From Centroscyllium fabricii (lineage: Eukaryota): DNA of 64,000 bases. Both the position numbers and the translations under genes were made by a program. The notes below the pieces were generated by a model, which made no database searches, was not told where the DNA came from, and worked only from the letters and a program-made list of their open reading frames with translations. This document shows, one piece after another, positions 1 through 11,523 of the stretch. Positions within the stretch are counted from its first letter, which is position 1, and each line of letters starts with the position of its first letter. The DNA lies in assembly GCA_051313645.2 (NCBI GenBank), contig JBNRSN020000021.1:37882001-37946000 (forward strand), written 5' to 3'.

Positions 1-95
<95 letters not shown>

Positions 96-698
96 TGAGA
101 CAACGCTGGGGAAAAGTTACTCTTTATAGGATGCAGTAATGTTGGTGAGCATACTGGTCCAGTTCCTCACATTGTTCAAATGCCCAGAGTCGATGAGCAA
201 CTCAATGGAACAGCAGTTTGTATTATTACTGTGTTGTGCCACAACAGTGGTAGAATGTGCAACTATGCCAATGTTCGAGAACAGTATTGTGTTCTTGGTG
301 ACCCTAAAATCAAAATGCTTTTTGAGAGGGGGAAGCCAAATCATTCCCCAGGGGAAAGAAAAATATTAAGTTGCCTTGTCACATCTCTTTGCAGCCTGTA
401 TAAGCAAAGGCTGGTGGGTGGCACACGGGGACCTAAAAATGAAGAAACAATTGCCATAAAATGGGGGCGGGGGATGCAAACCTTGTCTTGCTTGGCAGTT
501 TAAGAAGTGGAACGAGTTTACTACTTGCAAGCTAAATCTGAAAATATGTTAATGATCAATTGATGGCTGTAATCTTATGGATGAAACCATTTTTGTGTCT
601 TTTTTTAAAACAGGAAAATGCAACTGCATTTGAAGCTTCAGTGCCTAGTTTGTGCCACTAGAGGTCCCCAGCAAGCTGTAGAAAAGCTGGTCATAAAA

Positions 699-862
699 AC
701 AGAAAATGCTGGAGAAACTCAGCAGGCCAGGCAACATCCGTCAAGACCCTAACCCGAAACGTCGACTCTATTTCTCTCCACGGATGTTGCCTGGCCTGCT
801 GAGTTTCTCCAGCATTTTCTGTTGTCATTTCGAATTTCCAGCATCTGCAGTATTTTGCTATC
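699..862. mobile_element. Penelope-type palindromic non-autonomous element (family A)
   Basis: Perfect 43-bp inverted repeat 699-741/780-822; the spacer holds the 3' half of a hammerhead core (CCC GAAACGTC GACT). Confidence 0.7.
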
Positions 863-904
863 GAAAAGCATGTCATCACTGGTCTGTACTATGAGCTGGT
901 ATTA

Positions 905-1064
905 CATAACATAAGAAATAGGAGCAGGAGTAGGTCAATCGGCCCCTCGAGCCTGCTCCGCCATTCAACAAGATCATGGCTGATCTGATCCTAACCTCAA
1001 TTTTATTCTTACTCTCCATCCCGCCCAAACCCATGTGATCACCCGGGAGAGGCGAAAAACCAGA
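905..1064 (-). mobile_element. CR1-type 3' end fragment, same variant as 3960-4347
   Basis: Reverse complement of the CR1/SINE tail GATCAGCCATGATCTTGTTGAATGGCGGAGCAGGCTCGAGGGGCCGA...CCTACTCCTGCTCCTATTTCTTATG. Confidence 0.7.
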
Positions 1065-2106
1065 TAATTGTTCAGATACAATTTCTAAAGATATATTTTC
1101 ATTCCTTTCTGTTCACCCACATGCTATAGAAACTCAGGCAATAAACCACCAACACTTTTCTGAAGGCTAAACTGTTATAAATAGAAACCTAAACTAACCA
1201 ATTGCAACAGTCCTGCAGACACAACGATACCAGATCCAACTTTTCACCCACTTTAATCTACACTCATACTATCAATTTTTCAATTCAATTTTCAATTTAA
1301 AAACTTTATTGGCATGACAGGATACATCCCTATGTTGCCAAAGTATAAAACAAAACAATAAAATATCCCTTTTAATTCTGCTTTCTTAGCTATTCTAACT
1401 CTTAAAATCGATCTTTCTTTCAAGTTATAAACAGAAAATACAACACGAGCCCATTTAATGCAGCATTTATTTAAACATGTTCTCAGCACATCTTATTTAC
1501 TCTGGGTCTGGAATATTGTGCGGCTGCAGTACTAGAGTTCTGCCACCTGAGACCCCCATTGAACCATGGAAGTCAGTTTTCCATAAAGACAGAGACCATT
1601 TAGCTCATTGTGTCGGTGTTGGTTCTTTGCTGGAAGAGCCAAAAACGAATCCCTTAGTCCTGCATCCTGCCTGTTTCAAATATTTATTCAACTTTGCTTT
1701 AAAAGATGTAATAGTAACTCCTCCATGTATCAAAGCATTTCATGCTTCAACAACCTTCCAAGCCCCTCATCTCACTATTTTAGTGACAATTTTCAATTGA
1801 TGACCTCTAGTCACTAACTTCCCAACCAGAGGAAATAGGGCAAATAGGGGAAAAAAACCTATCAAATCCCTTCATCATTTTAAAGGCTGCTATTAAATCT
1901 CAGCTGTCTCTGCTCCAATAGAAATAGTCCCAGTATCCTAATTCTATCGCAGCAAACTGTAAAAATTGGCTTCAGGAGAATCATAGTGTTGGTGACTCAA
2001 ATTTACCTTGCAAGTTCAAAGTCATAGGACATAAATCAAGATATATGCATAAGTGAGTGGTATTCCTCCCCTCCATGCTTTTACTGCCTTTGCTTGGTAG
2101 ATCACA

Positions 2107-2499
2107 GCGGCACGGTGGCACAGTGGTTAGCACTGTTGCCTCACAGCACTGGAGACCCGGGTTCAAATCCAGCCTCAGGTGACTATATGTGTGGAGTTTG
2201 CACATTCTCCCCGTGTCTGCGTGGGTTTCCGCCGGGTGCTCCGGTTTCCTCCCACAGTCCAAAGATGTGCGGGTTAGGTTGATTGGCCATGATAAATTGA
2301 CCCTTAGTGTTAGGGGGATTAAATATGTGGGGTTACGGGGATAGGGCGGGATATGTGTCGGTGCAGGCTCAATAGGGATCGAGGGATATGGGGAGAAGGC
2401 AGGGACAGGGTACTGGGTTTGGATGATCAGCCATGATCTCATTGAATGGCGGAGCAGGCTCGAAGGGCCGAATGGCCTACTCCTGCTCCTCGTTTCTAT
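2107..2499 (+). mobile_element. Full-length tRNA-derived V-SINE (HE1-like)
   Basis: tRNA head with A box (TGGCACAGTGG) and B box (GGTTCAAATCC), V-domain (GTGTGGAGTTTGCACATTCTCCCCGTGTCTGCGTGGGTTTCC), CR1-derived tail. Confidence 0.85.
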
Positions 2500-2580
2500 C
2501 ACATAGGTGAAATTAAAATATAGCTAACTGTACTGATCTTTGGTGCACAGAGGATAAATTGTGTTTGTGGAAATTAAACT

Positions 2581-2815
2581 TAGAAACATAGAAACTAGGA
2601 GCAGGAGTAGGCCCTTCGAGCCTGCTCCGCCATTCAATGAGATCATGGCTGATCATCCAAACCCAGCACCCCGCCCTGCCCTCTCCCCATATCCCTATCG
2701 AGCCTCCATCGACACATATCCCACCCTATCCCCGTAACCCCACATATTTAATCCCCCTAACACTAAGGGTCAATTTATCATGGCCAATCAACCTAACCCG
2801 CACATCTTTGGACTG
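2581..2815 (-). mobile_element. 5'-truncated HE1-like SINE
   Basis: Reverse complement of the 3' half of the 2107-2499 copy. Confidence 0.8.
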
Positions 2816-3057
2816 TTGCAGTATAGGGTGGAAAGGAGCAGACTTGTGTTTGATTGCACGCACAGGTAGTTTCTTGATTAATTGGCGGGGGGGGCAGTGA
2901 ACGGCTAGTTACAGAATGACATTGGTTTGAGAATATGATAGCAAAATGGTTTGAGAATATGATAGTAAAATACTGCGAATGCTGGAAATCTGAAATAACA
3001 ACAGAAAACGCTGGAGAAACTCAGCAGGCCAGGCGGCATCGGTGGAGAGAGAAACGG

Positions 3058-3094
3058 AGTTAACGTTTCAGGTCGATGACCTTTCTTCAGAACT
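3058..3094 (-). ncRNA. Minimal type I hammerhead ribozyme motif (intact core)
   Basis: AGUU CUGAAGA A AGGUC-AUC-GACCU GAA ACGU U AACU: stem I AGUU/AACU, core CUGANGA...GAAA, palindromic stem III ACGU. Confidence 0.65.
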
Positions 3095-3266
3095 GGAGAA
3101 ACCGGGAGAGGGGATAGATTTGAAAGCTGGTAGGGTTCTCTGCCAGAGCCGTTGGCACCTCCTCTCAGCCATCCTGTGTTCCTTGAATGTCTCTCAATGT
3201 CTCTTAATCTACCCTGCCTTCTATCCTGTCGCTGACCTTCCCTTTGTTCTTTCAGCCCCTCCCCCA

Positions 3267-3672
3267 GGGCGGCACGGTGGCATAGTGATTAGCACTGTTG
3301 CCTTACAGCACTGGAGACCCGGGTTCAAATCCAGCCTCGGGTACTATCTGTGTGGAGTTTGCTCATTCTCCCCGTGTCTGCGTGGGTTTCCTCTGGGTGC
3401 TCCGGTTTCCTCCCACAGTCCAAAAATGTGTGGGTTAGGTTGATCGGCCATAATAAATTAACCCTTAGTGTTAGCGCGATTGAATATGTGGGGTTACAGG
3501 GATAGGGTGGGATATGTGTTGGTGCAGGCTCGATAGGGATCGAGGGATGTGGGGAGAGGGCAGGGACAGGGCGCTGGGTTTGGATGATCAGCCATGATCT
3601 CATTGAATGGCGGAGCAGGCTCGAAGGGCCGAATGGCCTACTCCTGCTCCTATCTTCCATGTTTCTATGTTT
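3267..3672 (+). mobile_element. Full-length HE1-like V-SINE
   Basis: Same head, V-domain and CR1 tail as 2107-2499. Confidence 0.85.
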
Positions 3673-3959
3673 CCCCAGCCCCTACCAGCTTTCAAATCTA
3701 TCCCCTCTCCTGGTTTCTCCAGTTCTAAAGAAAGGTCTTCGACCTGAAACGTTAACTCTCTCTCTCTCTCCACCGATGCTGCCTGGCCTGCTGAGTTTTC
3801 CAGCGTTTTCTGTTGTTATTTTGGTTTGAGAACAGGTCATCTACCAGCAGTTTTTTTGATGGAGTAATGGTATCGAAAGCCAAAAAACCTTTTGGGAGGA
3901 CCGGTTGGAATGTTGTCTTTGACACCGAGGTCTGAATGGCAGTCTTTCCTTTTTCAGGT

Positions 3960-4347
3960 CCTACACGGAATGAGTTTGGAAATGTCTGGTGGTGTAGTGC
4001 AGATTTAAAACTGAGATAGACAGTTTCCTGGAATTAAAGGAAATTAGGGGTTATGGTGAGCGGGCAGGTAAGTGGACGTGAGGCTAGGTTCAGATCGGCC
4101 ATGTGATCTCCTGGACCAGTTTTCGATCACCTAGATGGGTCGGAGAGGAATTTCCCAGATATTTTCCTCCCAAATTGGCTACTGGTTTTTTTAATCTGGT
4201 TTTTCGCCTCTCCCAGGTGATCACATGGGTCTGGGCGGGGTGGAGAGTAGAAATAAAATTGAGGTTAGGATCAGATCAGCCATGATCTTGTTGAATGGCG
4301 GAGCAAGCTCGAGAGGCCGATTGGCCTACTCCTGCTCCTATTTCTTA
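3960..4347 (+). mobile_element. CR1 3' fragment with an inserted inverted-repeat module
   Basis: ORF2-end-like sequence, insert 4099-4228, then the CR1 tail ending CCTACTCCTGCTCCTATTTCTTA. Confidence 0.6.
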
Positions 4348-4430
4348 GGTTTTTCAGTATGCAGTGGATTGATGAAGAAGATGGCAAACTGCAGTTGCCA
4401 TCTCAATTTAAAATGTGCCATTCCTTGCAG

Positions 4431-4678
4431 GTCCATAACTCGAGTCGCAAACATCGACGACGCAACTCTGCGGAAAGCAGCTGCAGAAACAGCCATCCTG
4501 CTGAATCATGAGAAGGAATGGAAGTTGGGTAAATGCATTTTGCGATTTCCAGAAATCCTTCACAAAATCCTGGATGACCTATACCTACATACCCTCTGCG
4601 ACTACCTCTTTGAACTGGCCACAACCTTCACAGAGTTCTATGACAGCTGTTACTGTGTGGAGAAGGACAGGCAGACAG
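4431..4678 (+). CDS. RARS1: RARS1 penultimate coding exon (anticodon-binding domain)
   Basis: ttccttgcag acceptor and g|gtgag donor; SITRVANIDDATLRKAAAETAILLNHEKEWKLGKCILRFPEIL...YCVEKDRQTG; phase-compatible with both neighbouring exons. Confidence 0.95.
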
Positions 4679-4799
4679 GTGAGCCAAACTGGAGTTTTGC
4701 ACATTACTTGGTTCTTTGTTGTAAGAGTTCCTGTTTGATTAAAAAAATGACCACAGTAATGAATGTCAGCAAAATGCCTTTCAAATTGTAATGGGAAAG

Positions 4800-5180
4800 A
4801 AAGACTTTTGTGACACCTTTCAAATGCTTAAGCTGTCCCAAAGTGCTTCACAGCCAGTGAATTACTTTTTAAAATGTAGTCCCATAAACAGCAATGAGAA
4901 AAATGATCAGATAATCGGTTTTGATGGTGAAGGTTGAGAGAGAAATGTTGGCCAGTACAGTGAGAACTCCTGCTGCTCTTCGAATAGTGGTGTGGAATAT
5001 TTTACATCCGTCTGAACAGACATATGGGGGACCTTTCTCTAATGTCTCATCGGAAAGGCAGCATTTAAGACCGTGCAGCACGTCCTCATTACTGTATTAG
5101 CTTAGATTCTGTGCTCAAATCCTGGATTGAGTGTTGTACCCACAACTTTCTGGCTCAGAAGTAAGAGCAACCGACTGAGC
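4800..5180 (-). mobile_element. DeuSINE (SacSINE1-like), degenerate
   Basis: CCCAAAGTGCTTCACAGCCAGTGAA...ACAGCAATG...CAGATAATC...TTTACATCC...GTCTCATC recalled as Deu-domain SINE consensus, with a degenerate tRNA-like head near 5130-5180. Confidence 0.55.
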
Positions 5181-5716
5181 TAGATGTGATGCCTCTTCCC
5201 TCTGGTATGGAAGAGATTGGGAACTTGATGTGTGGAGAACTGAAAATGCAAATGTGGGTCTTTGAGTATTTTGCACACCAGTCTGTCTTAGATAGCAGGG
5301 TTCTTCAGTTTGGAATCGGATATGAAAGTTACTTTAGTTTAAGTATCATCCTTATTTTAAGGTGCCCTATTAAGTAACACCTGAAATCATAGAAGATAGG
5401 AGCAGACCATTCGGCCCTTCGAACCTGCTCCGCCATTCAATGAGATCATATACAAATAAGGCTTAACTTAACTTTTATTCCAAGTCTGGTTACAGTGTTA
5501 CAGATAGATGTAACATGTGAATCGCAAAGGAAGACCAAGCACAGTAGCGGTCAGCCTAAAGGGAAGCCATTTACTTTGTTTCCTGGACCTACGAGTCATT
5601 TGTTGCCCAGAAGTGGGAAACGTCCAGGTCCTTTTGCTCTACAACATAAAAAGGAGTTTTTGTTGTAATCAGGCAGAAGAGCGAGGCTCCTAATCATACT
5701 GTCCTTTCAGGACATA

Positions 5717-6605
5717 TTGGGCCCTGTCTTCCTGTGCTCCAGAAGAGCTGCACCCCCACGAAGGGGGGTCAAAAATGCCTCGTGTGGGTGCAGCTCGGGT
5801 GATTACCAGAAACGTGAACTTCCTGTGCTGATGGGCAAGGGGCTTCAGCTTCCTACCCAGGAAGACCTTGCACTGCAGACTTCCTGTAGGCAGCTGCTCA
5901 AAATGCGGGTGTATCACGTAGGCAAGTCTCTCTTTTGCTGCACATTTAAAAAGGAGTCTTAAGAGGCTGCAGGCAGCTTTGAGAAGTGAAAAAAACCCGT
6001 TTAAAGTTTAATTTTTTTTTATTCCTTTGGAGATATTTGTCTGTGGTCTTACAGCTTGTAAATGTGAAGGTTTATATATATTTTGGTGAAAGTTAAAAAA
6101 ATCGGGAATTTGAACGCGATGTCAGCCGCTCTGAGGCTCTCACAGCTGCTGACATCGTGTTCAAATCCCCGATTTTTTTTCACTATCACCAAAATATATA
6201 AAAACCTTCACATTTACAAGCTGTAAGACCACAGACAAATATCTCCAAAGGAATAAAATTTTTTTTTACTTTAAATGTGTTTTTTACACTGGAGAAAAAA
6301 AAACCCCTATCAGCAGAAAAGGCAGAAACTTTAAAAAACCAGCTTCCTAGAAACTGTAAAAAAAAAACATAAGGTGCTTCCTACCTGATATTCTTCATCC
6401 CGCTGGCCGATTCTGTGTTTCGTTCGGGGGTAAAGCCGACCTCAGTGGCGGACCAAAAGAAAGACGTCCCCTCCGAACGAAAAAAACCTGGGATTTCCCA
6501 CAGGAAGTTCACGTGAGAAAAAAAATAAAAATCACGTGCGCGTGCGCCGCGGGTGCACGTCAGCACGCACCCGCAGCAATCGGGCCACAGGAAGACAGGG
6601 CCCAA
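5717..6605. mobile_element. MITE with 20-bp TIRs, TA TSD and a central long palindrome
   Basis: TTGGGCCCTGTCTTCCTGTG ... CACAGGAAGACAGGGCCCAA flanked by TA; internal arms 6021-6126/6148-6254. Confidence 0.75.
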
Positions 6606-6954
6606 TAAAATACATTAATGTGCTCAGCAAATAAAGGAAGAGATATTTATTGTATTTTAATTGGTTCAATGGTCCTTTTCTGAATTTGGGAGCGAAGTCA
6701 CCGTGCTCCTTGCTGGGGAGAGAGTTTTACTCTGCCAACACTGAATGCCCAAACGTTCACCAGCATTTACCTATGGGGATGAATTGAAATGTTCATAATT
6801 CTGTGAGGTCTTTAAAGGGACTTGCTAGAAGGACTCTAATGATTCTTGTGGTGTCTACATCCACAGCTACAATCGACAGTTATGGTAACAGAACTTGCAA
6901 TGGCTAATTGCAGATCAGATGTTGACTCACTGCCTTTTAATGTACATTTTTACA

Positions 6955-7992
6955 GAGAAACATAGAAGATAGGAGGAGTAGGCCATTCGGCCCCTCGAGC
7001 CTGCTCCGCCATTCAACGCGATCATGGCTGATCAGCCAAATTCAGTACCCTGTCCCTGCCCTCTCCCCATATCCCTTGATCCTTTTAGCCTTAAGAAGTA
7101 TAACCAAACTTGGAGATATTACATCTAGTTCCCTCATTTAGATCATTAATATATATTGTGAATAGCTGGGGTCCAAGGACCGATCCCTGCGGCACCCCAC
7201 TAGTCACTGCCTGCCACTCGGAAAAAGACCCGTTTATTCCAACTCTTTGCTTCCTGCCTGCCAACCAGTTCTCTATCCAAGTCAATACCTTGCCGCCAAT
7301 CCCATGTGCCTTAACTTTTCACGCTAATTTCCTATGCGGGACCTTATCGAACGCCTTTTGAAAGTCCAAATACACCACATCCACTGGTTCTCCCTAATCT
7401 ATTCTACCAGTTACATCCTCAAAAAATCCCAGTAGATTAGTCAAGCACGATTTACCTTTTGTAAATCCATGTTGACTTTGTCCGATCCTGTCACTGTTTT
7501 TCAAGTGCTCAGCTTTACATCTTATAGAAACTAGGAGCAGGAGTAGGCCATTCGGCCCTTCGAGCCTGCTCCGCCATTCAATGAGATCATGGCTGATCAT
7601 CCAAACCCAGTATCCCGCCCCTGCCCTCCCCATCGAGCCTGCACCGACACATATCCCACCCTATCCCCGTAACCCCACCTATTCAATCGCCCTAACACCA
7701 AGGGTCAATTTAGCATGGCCAATCAACCTATCCCGCACATTTTTTGGACTGTGGGAGGAAACCGGAGCACCCGGAGGAAACCCATGCAGACACGGGGAGA
7801 ATGTGCAAACTCCACACAGATAGAACCCGAGGCTAGATTTGAACCCGGGTCTCCAGTGCTGTGAGACAACAGTGCTAACCACTGTGCCACCGTGCCGCCC
7901 TTTTATAATGGACTCTAGCATTTTCCCCACTACCGATGTCAGGCTTACCGGTTGGTCTGTAATTCCCCAGTTTCTCTCTACCACCTTTTTTT
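6955..7992 (-). mobile_element. Internally deleted CR1 (RT fragment plus tail) interrupted by a SINE
   Basis: [32 protein letters not shown] and [14 protein letters not shown]...ISK motifs with frameshifts. Confidence 0.85.
7525..7900 (-). mobile_element. Full-length HE1-like V-SINE inserted in CR1
   Basis: Reverse complement of the SINE consensus seen at 2107-2499; CR1 sequence resumes on both sides. Confidence 0.85.
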
Positions 7993-8135
7993 TAAGGACT
8001 TAAATGCAAGTCTTTTAAGCCTAATCTTACCTCCTGTTCCCTATTTCTTTGCATGTGTTCTATTTTTTGTTGTTGGTCATTTTCAACTTGCTCCTGAAAA
8101 CATTACAATTCATTCCCGTCTCTTTTTTCCTTCAG

Positions 8136-8245
8136 GTGAAGTGGTCAGAGTGAACATGTGGCGGATGCTGCTGTGTGACGCCACTGCTGCCGTCATGGCA
8201 AAGGGGTTTGCTATCCTGGGACTCAAACCTGTTCAGAGGATGTAA
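8136..8245 (+). CDS. RARS1: RARS1 last coding exon
   Basis: ttttttccttcag acceptor; [35 protein letters not shown] matches the RARS1 C-terminus. Confidence 0.95.
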
Positions 8246-8316
8246 TTTTGTGTTTGAATTCCACCTTGCCCTTTTATAGCGACTGCTACAACTGTTGCTG
8301 TGCAAAATATATCTCA

Positions 8317-8322
8317 AATAAA
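8317..8322 (+). terminator. Putative RARS1 polyadenylation signal
   Basis: AATAAA about 70 nt after the stop codon, followed by GT/T-rich sequence. Confidence 0.6.
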
Positions 8323-8598
8323 AATCTAAAGACCACGTGTTCATTGTTATGTACATTGGGGCGCAGACGGTTCAGCAATTCGACCCTGTTAATTGCTGGA
8401 ATCACACAGACTTGGAGAAATTATACAAAAGTCCCAATGTTGCAGATTTCCCAAAGTACACTGCACACGTGGTGACGATGAACTCATTGCAGCACACAAG
8501 GGACAAGAGGAGCTGCTACCTGTTGGTATTCTGTGCAGACTCTGTCGACCGGCAGCTGTCTTAGGTTTCTCTCACACAGAGCTCTGGCAAGTGGTATT

Positions 8599-8840
8599 TA
8601 GAAACATAGAAGATAGGAGCAGGAGTAGGCCATTCGGCCCTTCGAGCCTGCTCCGCCATTCAACCAGATCATGGCTGATCATCCAAACCCAGTACCCCGC
8701 CCCTGCCCTCTCCCCACATCCCTCTCGAGCCTGCATTGACACATATCCCACCCTATCCCCGTAAACCCACATATTCAATCCCCCTAACACTAGGGGTCAA
8801 TTTATCATGGCCAATCAACCTAACCCACACATCTTTGGAC
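8599..8840 (-). mobile_element. 5'-truncated HE1-like SINE
   Basis: Matches the 3' half of the other copies. Confidence 0.8.
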
Positions 8841-8932
8841 AACTTTGTTGTCAATTTGGCAGCTCTTTGGATGTTGTAGAGGGGTGGAGTTTAGGAGTTA
8901 AATATCTGAAAATAAGGTAGTTGTGTAAGTAC

Positions 8933-9560
8933 CATAAGAACTAGGAGTAGGCCAGTTGGCCACTCGAAGCTGCTCCGCCATTTAATGAGATCATGGCTGA
9001 TCTTGGGCTCTGCTCCATTTCTCTGCCTGCTCCCCATAATCCATCACTCCCTTATTGTTCAAAAATCTGTCTATCTCCACCTTAAATATATTCAATGACC
9101 CAGCCTCCACAGCTCTTTGGGGCAGAGAATTCCAGAGATTCATGACCCTCAGAAGAAATTCCTCCTCATCTCAGTTTTAAATGGGCAACCCCTTATTCTG
9201 AAACTATGTCCCCTAGTTCTAGATTCCCCCATGAGGGGAAAACATCCTCCCTGCATCTACCCTGTCAAGCCACCTCAGAATCTTATATGTTTCAATAAGA
9301 TATCCCCTCTCATTCTTCTAAACTCCAATGAGTATCGGCCAAACCTGCTCTTCATAAGTCAACCCCTTCATCTCAGGAATCAACCTCACGAACCTTCTCT
9401 GAACTGTCTCCAATGCAAGTCGATCCCTCCTTAAATAAGGAGACCAAAACTGTACACAATACTCCAGGTGCGGTCTCACCAACGCCCTTATACAGTTGTA
9501 GCAGGACTTTCCTGCTTTTATACTCCAACCCCCTTGCAATAAAGGCCAACATTCCATTAT
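8933..9560 (-). mobile_element. CR1 3' fragment
   Basis: LVRPHLEYCVQFWSPYL motif plus the CR1 tail. Confidence 0.85.
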
Positions 9561-9798
9561 GTTTATCAGCCATTTTTCTACATGAAACCAAAACCATCGC
9601 TTGCTAGCAGCCCTGAGTAACTTGTTCACTGAAATCTAGAAAGTCCATTGGTGACAGTTTCTGCACGTAAGTAATTTTGTTCTTTAGAAATGCCTGTCAA
9701 AATGCCAGAAAAAGGGGAGTACAGCCCTGGTTCACGGTGCAATGAAAACACAAGCCTATGGTCCAATCTCACATTGAAAGCAAACTGATTGCTGGCAC

Positions 9799-9804
9799 TT
9801 TATT
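9799..9804 (-). terminator. Candidate poly(A) signal of the DLC-family gene (alternative ATTAAA at 9998-10003)
   Basis: AATAAA on - downstream of an AU-rich tract (10030-10170) that resembles a 3' UTR end; would imply a UTR of about 4 kb. Confidence 0.3.
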
Positions 9805-10349
9805 TCTAACGTCCTGTTGTACAGTATCATTCGACTGGCGGTCTTTGAGTAAGCTAGAAGAGAAACTGCAGGAGAGTGGGGACAAGATGGGTACTTTACA
9901 ATGGTTATGTGCAGTCCCAAGAGACAAATGTAGCAAACTGGACTACATTTCACAGTACAAGGGAAACAAGATATAGGAAGTTGCTTCTGTCTACATATTT
10001 AATAAGTAGGATAGTAAACTGATGGCCATTCTGAATGTGTTTACGATGTAGTAAATATATTTACATCAATGAAAGTACAAAATGTCAATGTACATAAATA
10101 GATAAAATTGTAATTTGATTCTTAATCTTGGCATGAAGTAATAAAATCAGAAATAATACACTTTAAACATAAATATCTGCCGTTAATTTTTTTTGCCAAT
10201 CCAGCATCTTGAAAGACAGGTCTTATACCAGGGGTCAGCAGCTTGCATAGAAGTCAAAATGATTGACAGTTCAATATCCATGAACTTCCTGTCAGGGGAA
10301 CTATCTTGTACATCTTTAGCGAGTGAAACAATATAAAACATGTAGAAAT

Positions 10350-11523
10350 AACAACAGAAAATGCTGGAAAAACTCAGCAGTTCAGGCAACATCCGTGAAG
10401 AGAGAAATAGGAGTTAACGTTTCGGGTTGGGACCCTTTATCGAGACGGGGACAGGATTTTCCTCAAGGTCCGGCGATTTGGCGGGTTTTGGCTGGGTCAG
10501 GTTTCTGACCTGTCCACTCAAGGGCCTGGGAGGTCCACGCAATTTTGCCTCAAGTGGGCAATTAAATCCTTGCTTGTCAGAGCCGTTTCCAATACACACT
10601 TTGCAGTCAGGAAGCGTGGGGGTGTGGTTCCAGTTTGTGCAGCACCGGCAGGCTTTTGATTGACAGGCCTGAAGAGCTTGGTCAGTTTCTATGCAGAAGC
10701 AGGCCATTGCGATTCATAATGCAGTGTCAATAGCTCAGAAACCAAAGAGCAATTGATTGACAGTTTGGAAGTGGTTGTTTGAATGTTGACAGAAGGCATT
10801 GTGACTCAGAGCCAATGATTGGCAGCTGTTTCTCTTTCTGTGGTTTCAGAGCATTATGATGTCAATATGCTATATAAACAGATGAAACCACAAATCTAAG
10901 AGTGACAGCTTCAGGTAGGCTGGCTGTTTGTGGTTTCAGTGGAATGTAAACAGAAACTGATCCCCTGGGTGATTGACAGCTTGCTTCACAGACAGAGCTT
11001 GCATCGCGATGTCTGAATGAGTGCGACGCATCTGCAGGTAAGTGAATTTAAGTTCTTTGGGCACCAGCTGCACCTCCAGCATGGTGGAGGCTAGCAAGCT
11101 GCTGTGCCCATGCCTTGAAGGTGGCCGTCACCCAGCTGATTGGGTGCCCACCAGCTTTCAACGGCAGTGTTCCCACCAGGCGGGTTTTGAGTGGGAAGGG
11201 GCCCTTAAATTGGCATTACCGATGCCAATGAAGGTCCTCTGAACGAGCATCCCCGCCGATGCCGGGCGGGACTGAGGCGGGCCAACTGGACCCGCCGGGT
11301 GAAATTGACAAGCGGGCGGGAGGGGTCGCGGACCACCATCTCTGCTATTTTTGCTGCCGTCCCGCCCGGAAACCCGCCTCACGGCCTGAGGAAAATTCTG
11401 CCCAGGGTCTCGATAAAGGGTCCCAACCCGAAACGTTGACTCCTATTTCTTCACGGATGTTGCCTGAACTGCTGAGTTTTTCCAGCATTTTGGATTTCCA
11501 GCATCTGCAGTATTTTGTTATCG
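10350..11523. mobile_element. Penelope-type palindromic element (family A) with a nested TIR element
   Basis: Inverted arms about 10358-10446/11407-11490; 16-bp TSD TAAAACATGTAGAAAT at 10334-10349 and 11524-11539. Confidence 0.75.
10448..11403. mobile_element. Non-autonomous DNA-transposon-like insert
   Basis: Imperfect TIRs GGGACAGGATTTTCCTCA / TGAGGAAAATTCTGCCC; sits between the two Penelope-type arms. Confidence 0.5.

Larger units (their letters stand above)
2934..3820. mobile_element. Penelope-type palindromic element (family A) interrupted by a SINE
   Basis: Inverted arms about 2995-3137/3680-3820; 12-bp TSD TTGGTTTGAGAA at 2922-2933 and 3821-3832. Confidence 0.75.

Noticed and set aside
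2107-2175. tRNA-like sequences with A and B boxes (also 3267, 7830-7900 and 29462)
   Set aside because: They are SINE heads continuing into the V-domain, not tRNA genes
4225-4430. N-terminal part of the 188-aa ORF, and similar extensions of the ORFs at 7952, 25279 and 59103
   Set aside because: Intronic read-through beyond clear splice sites; only the exon parts match known proteins
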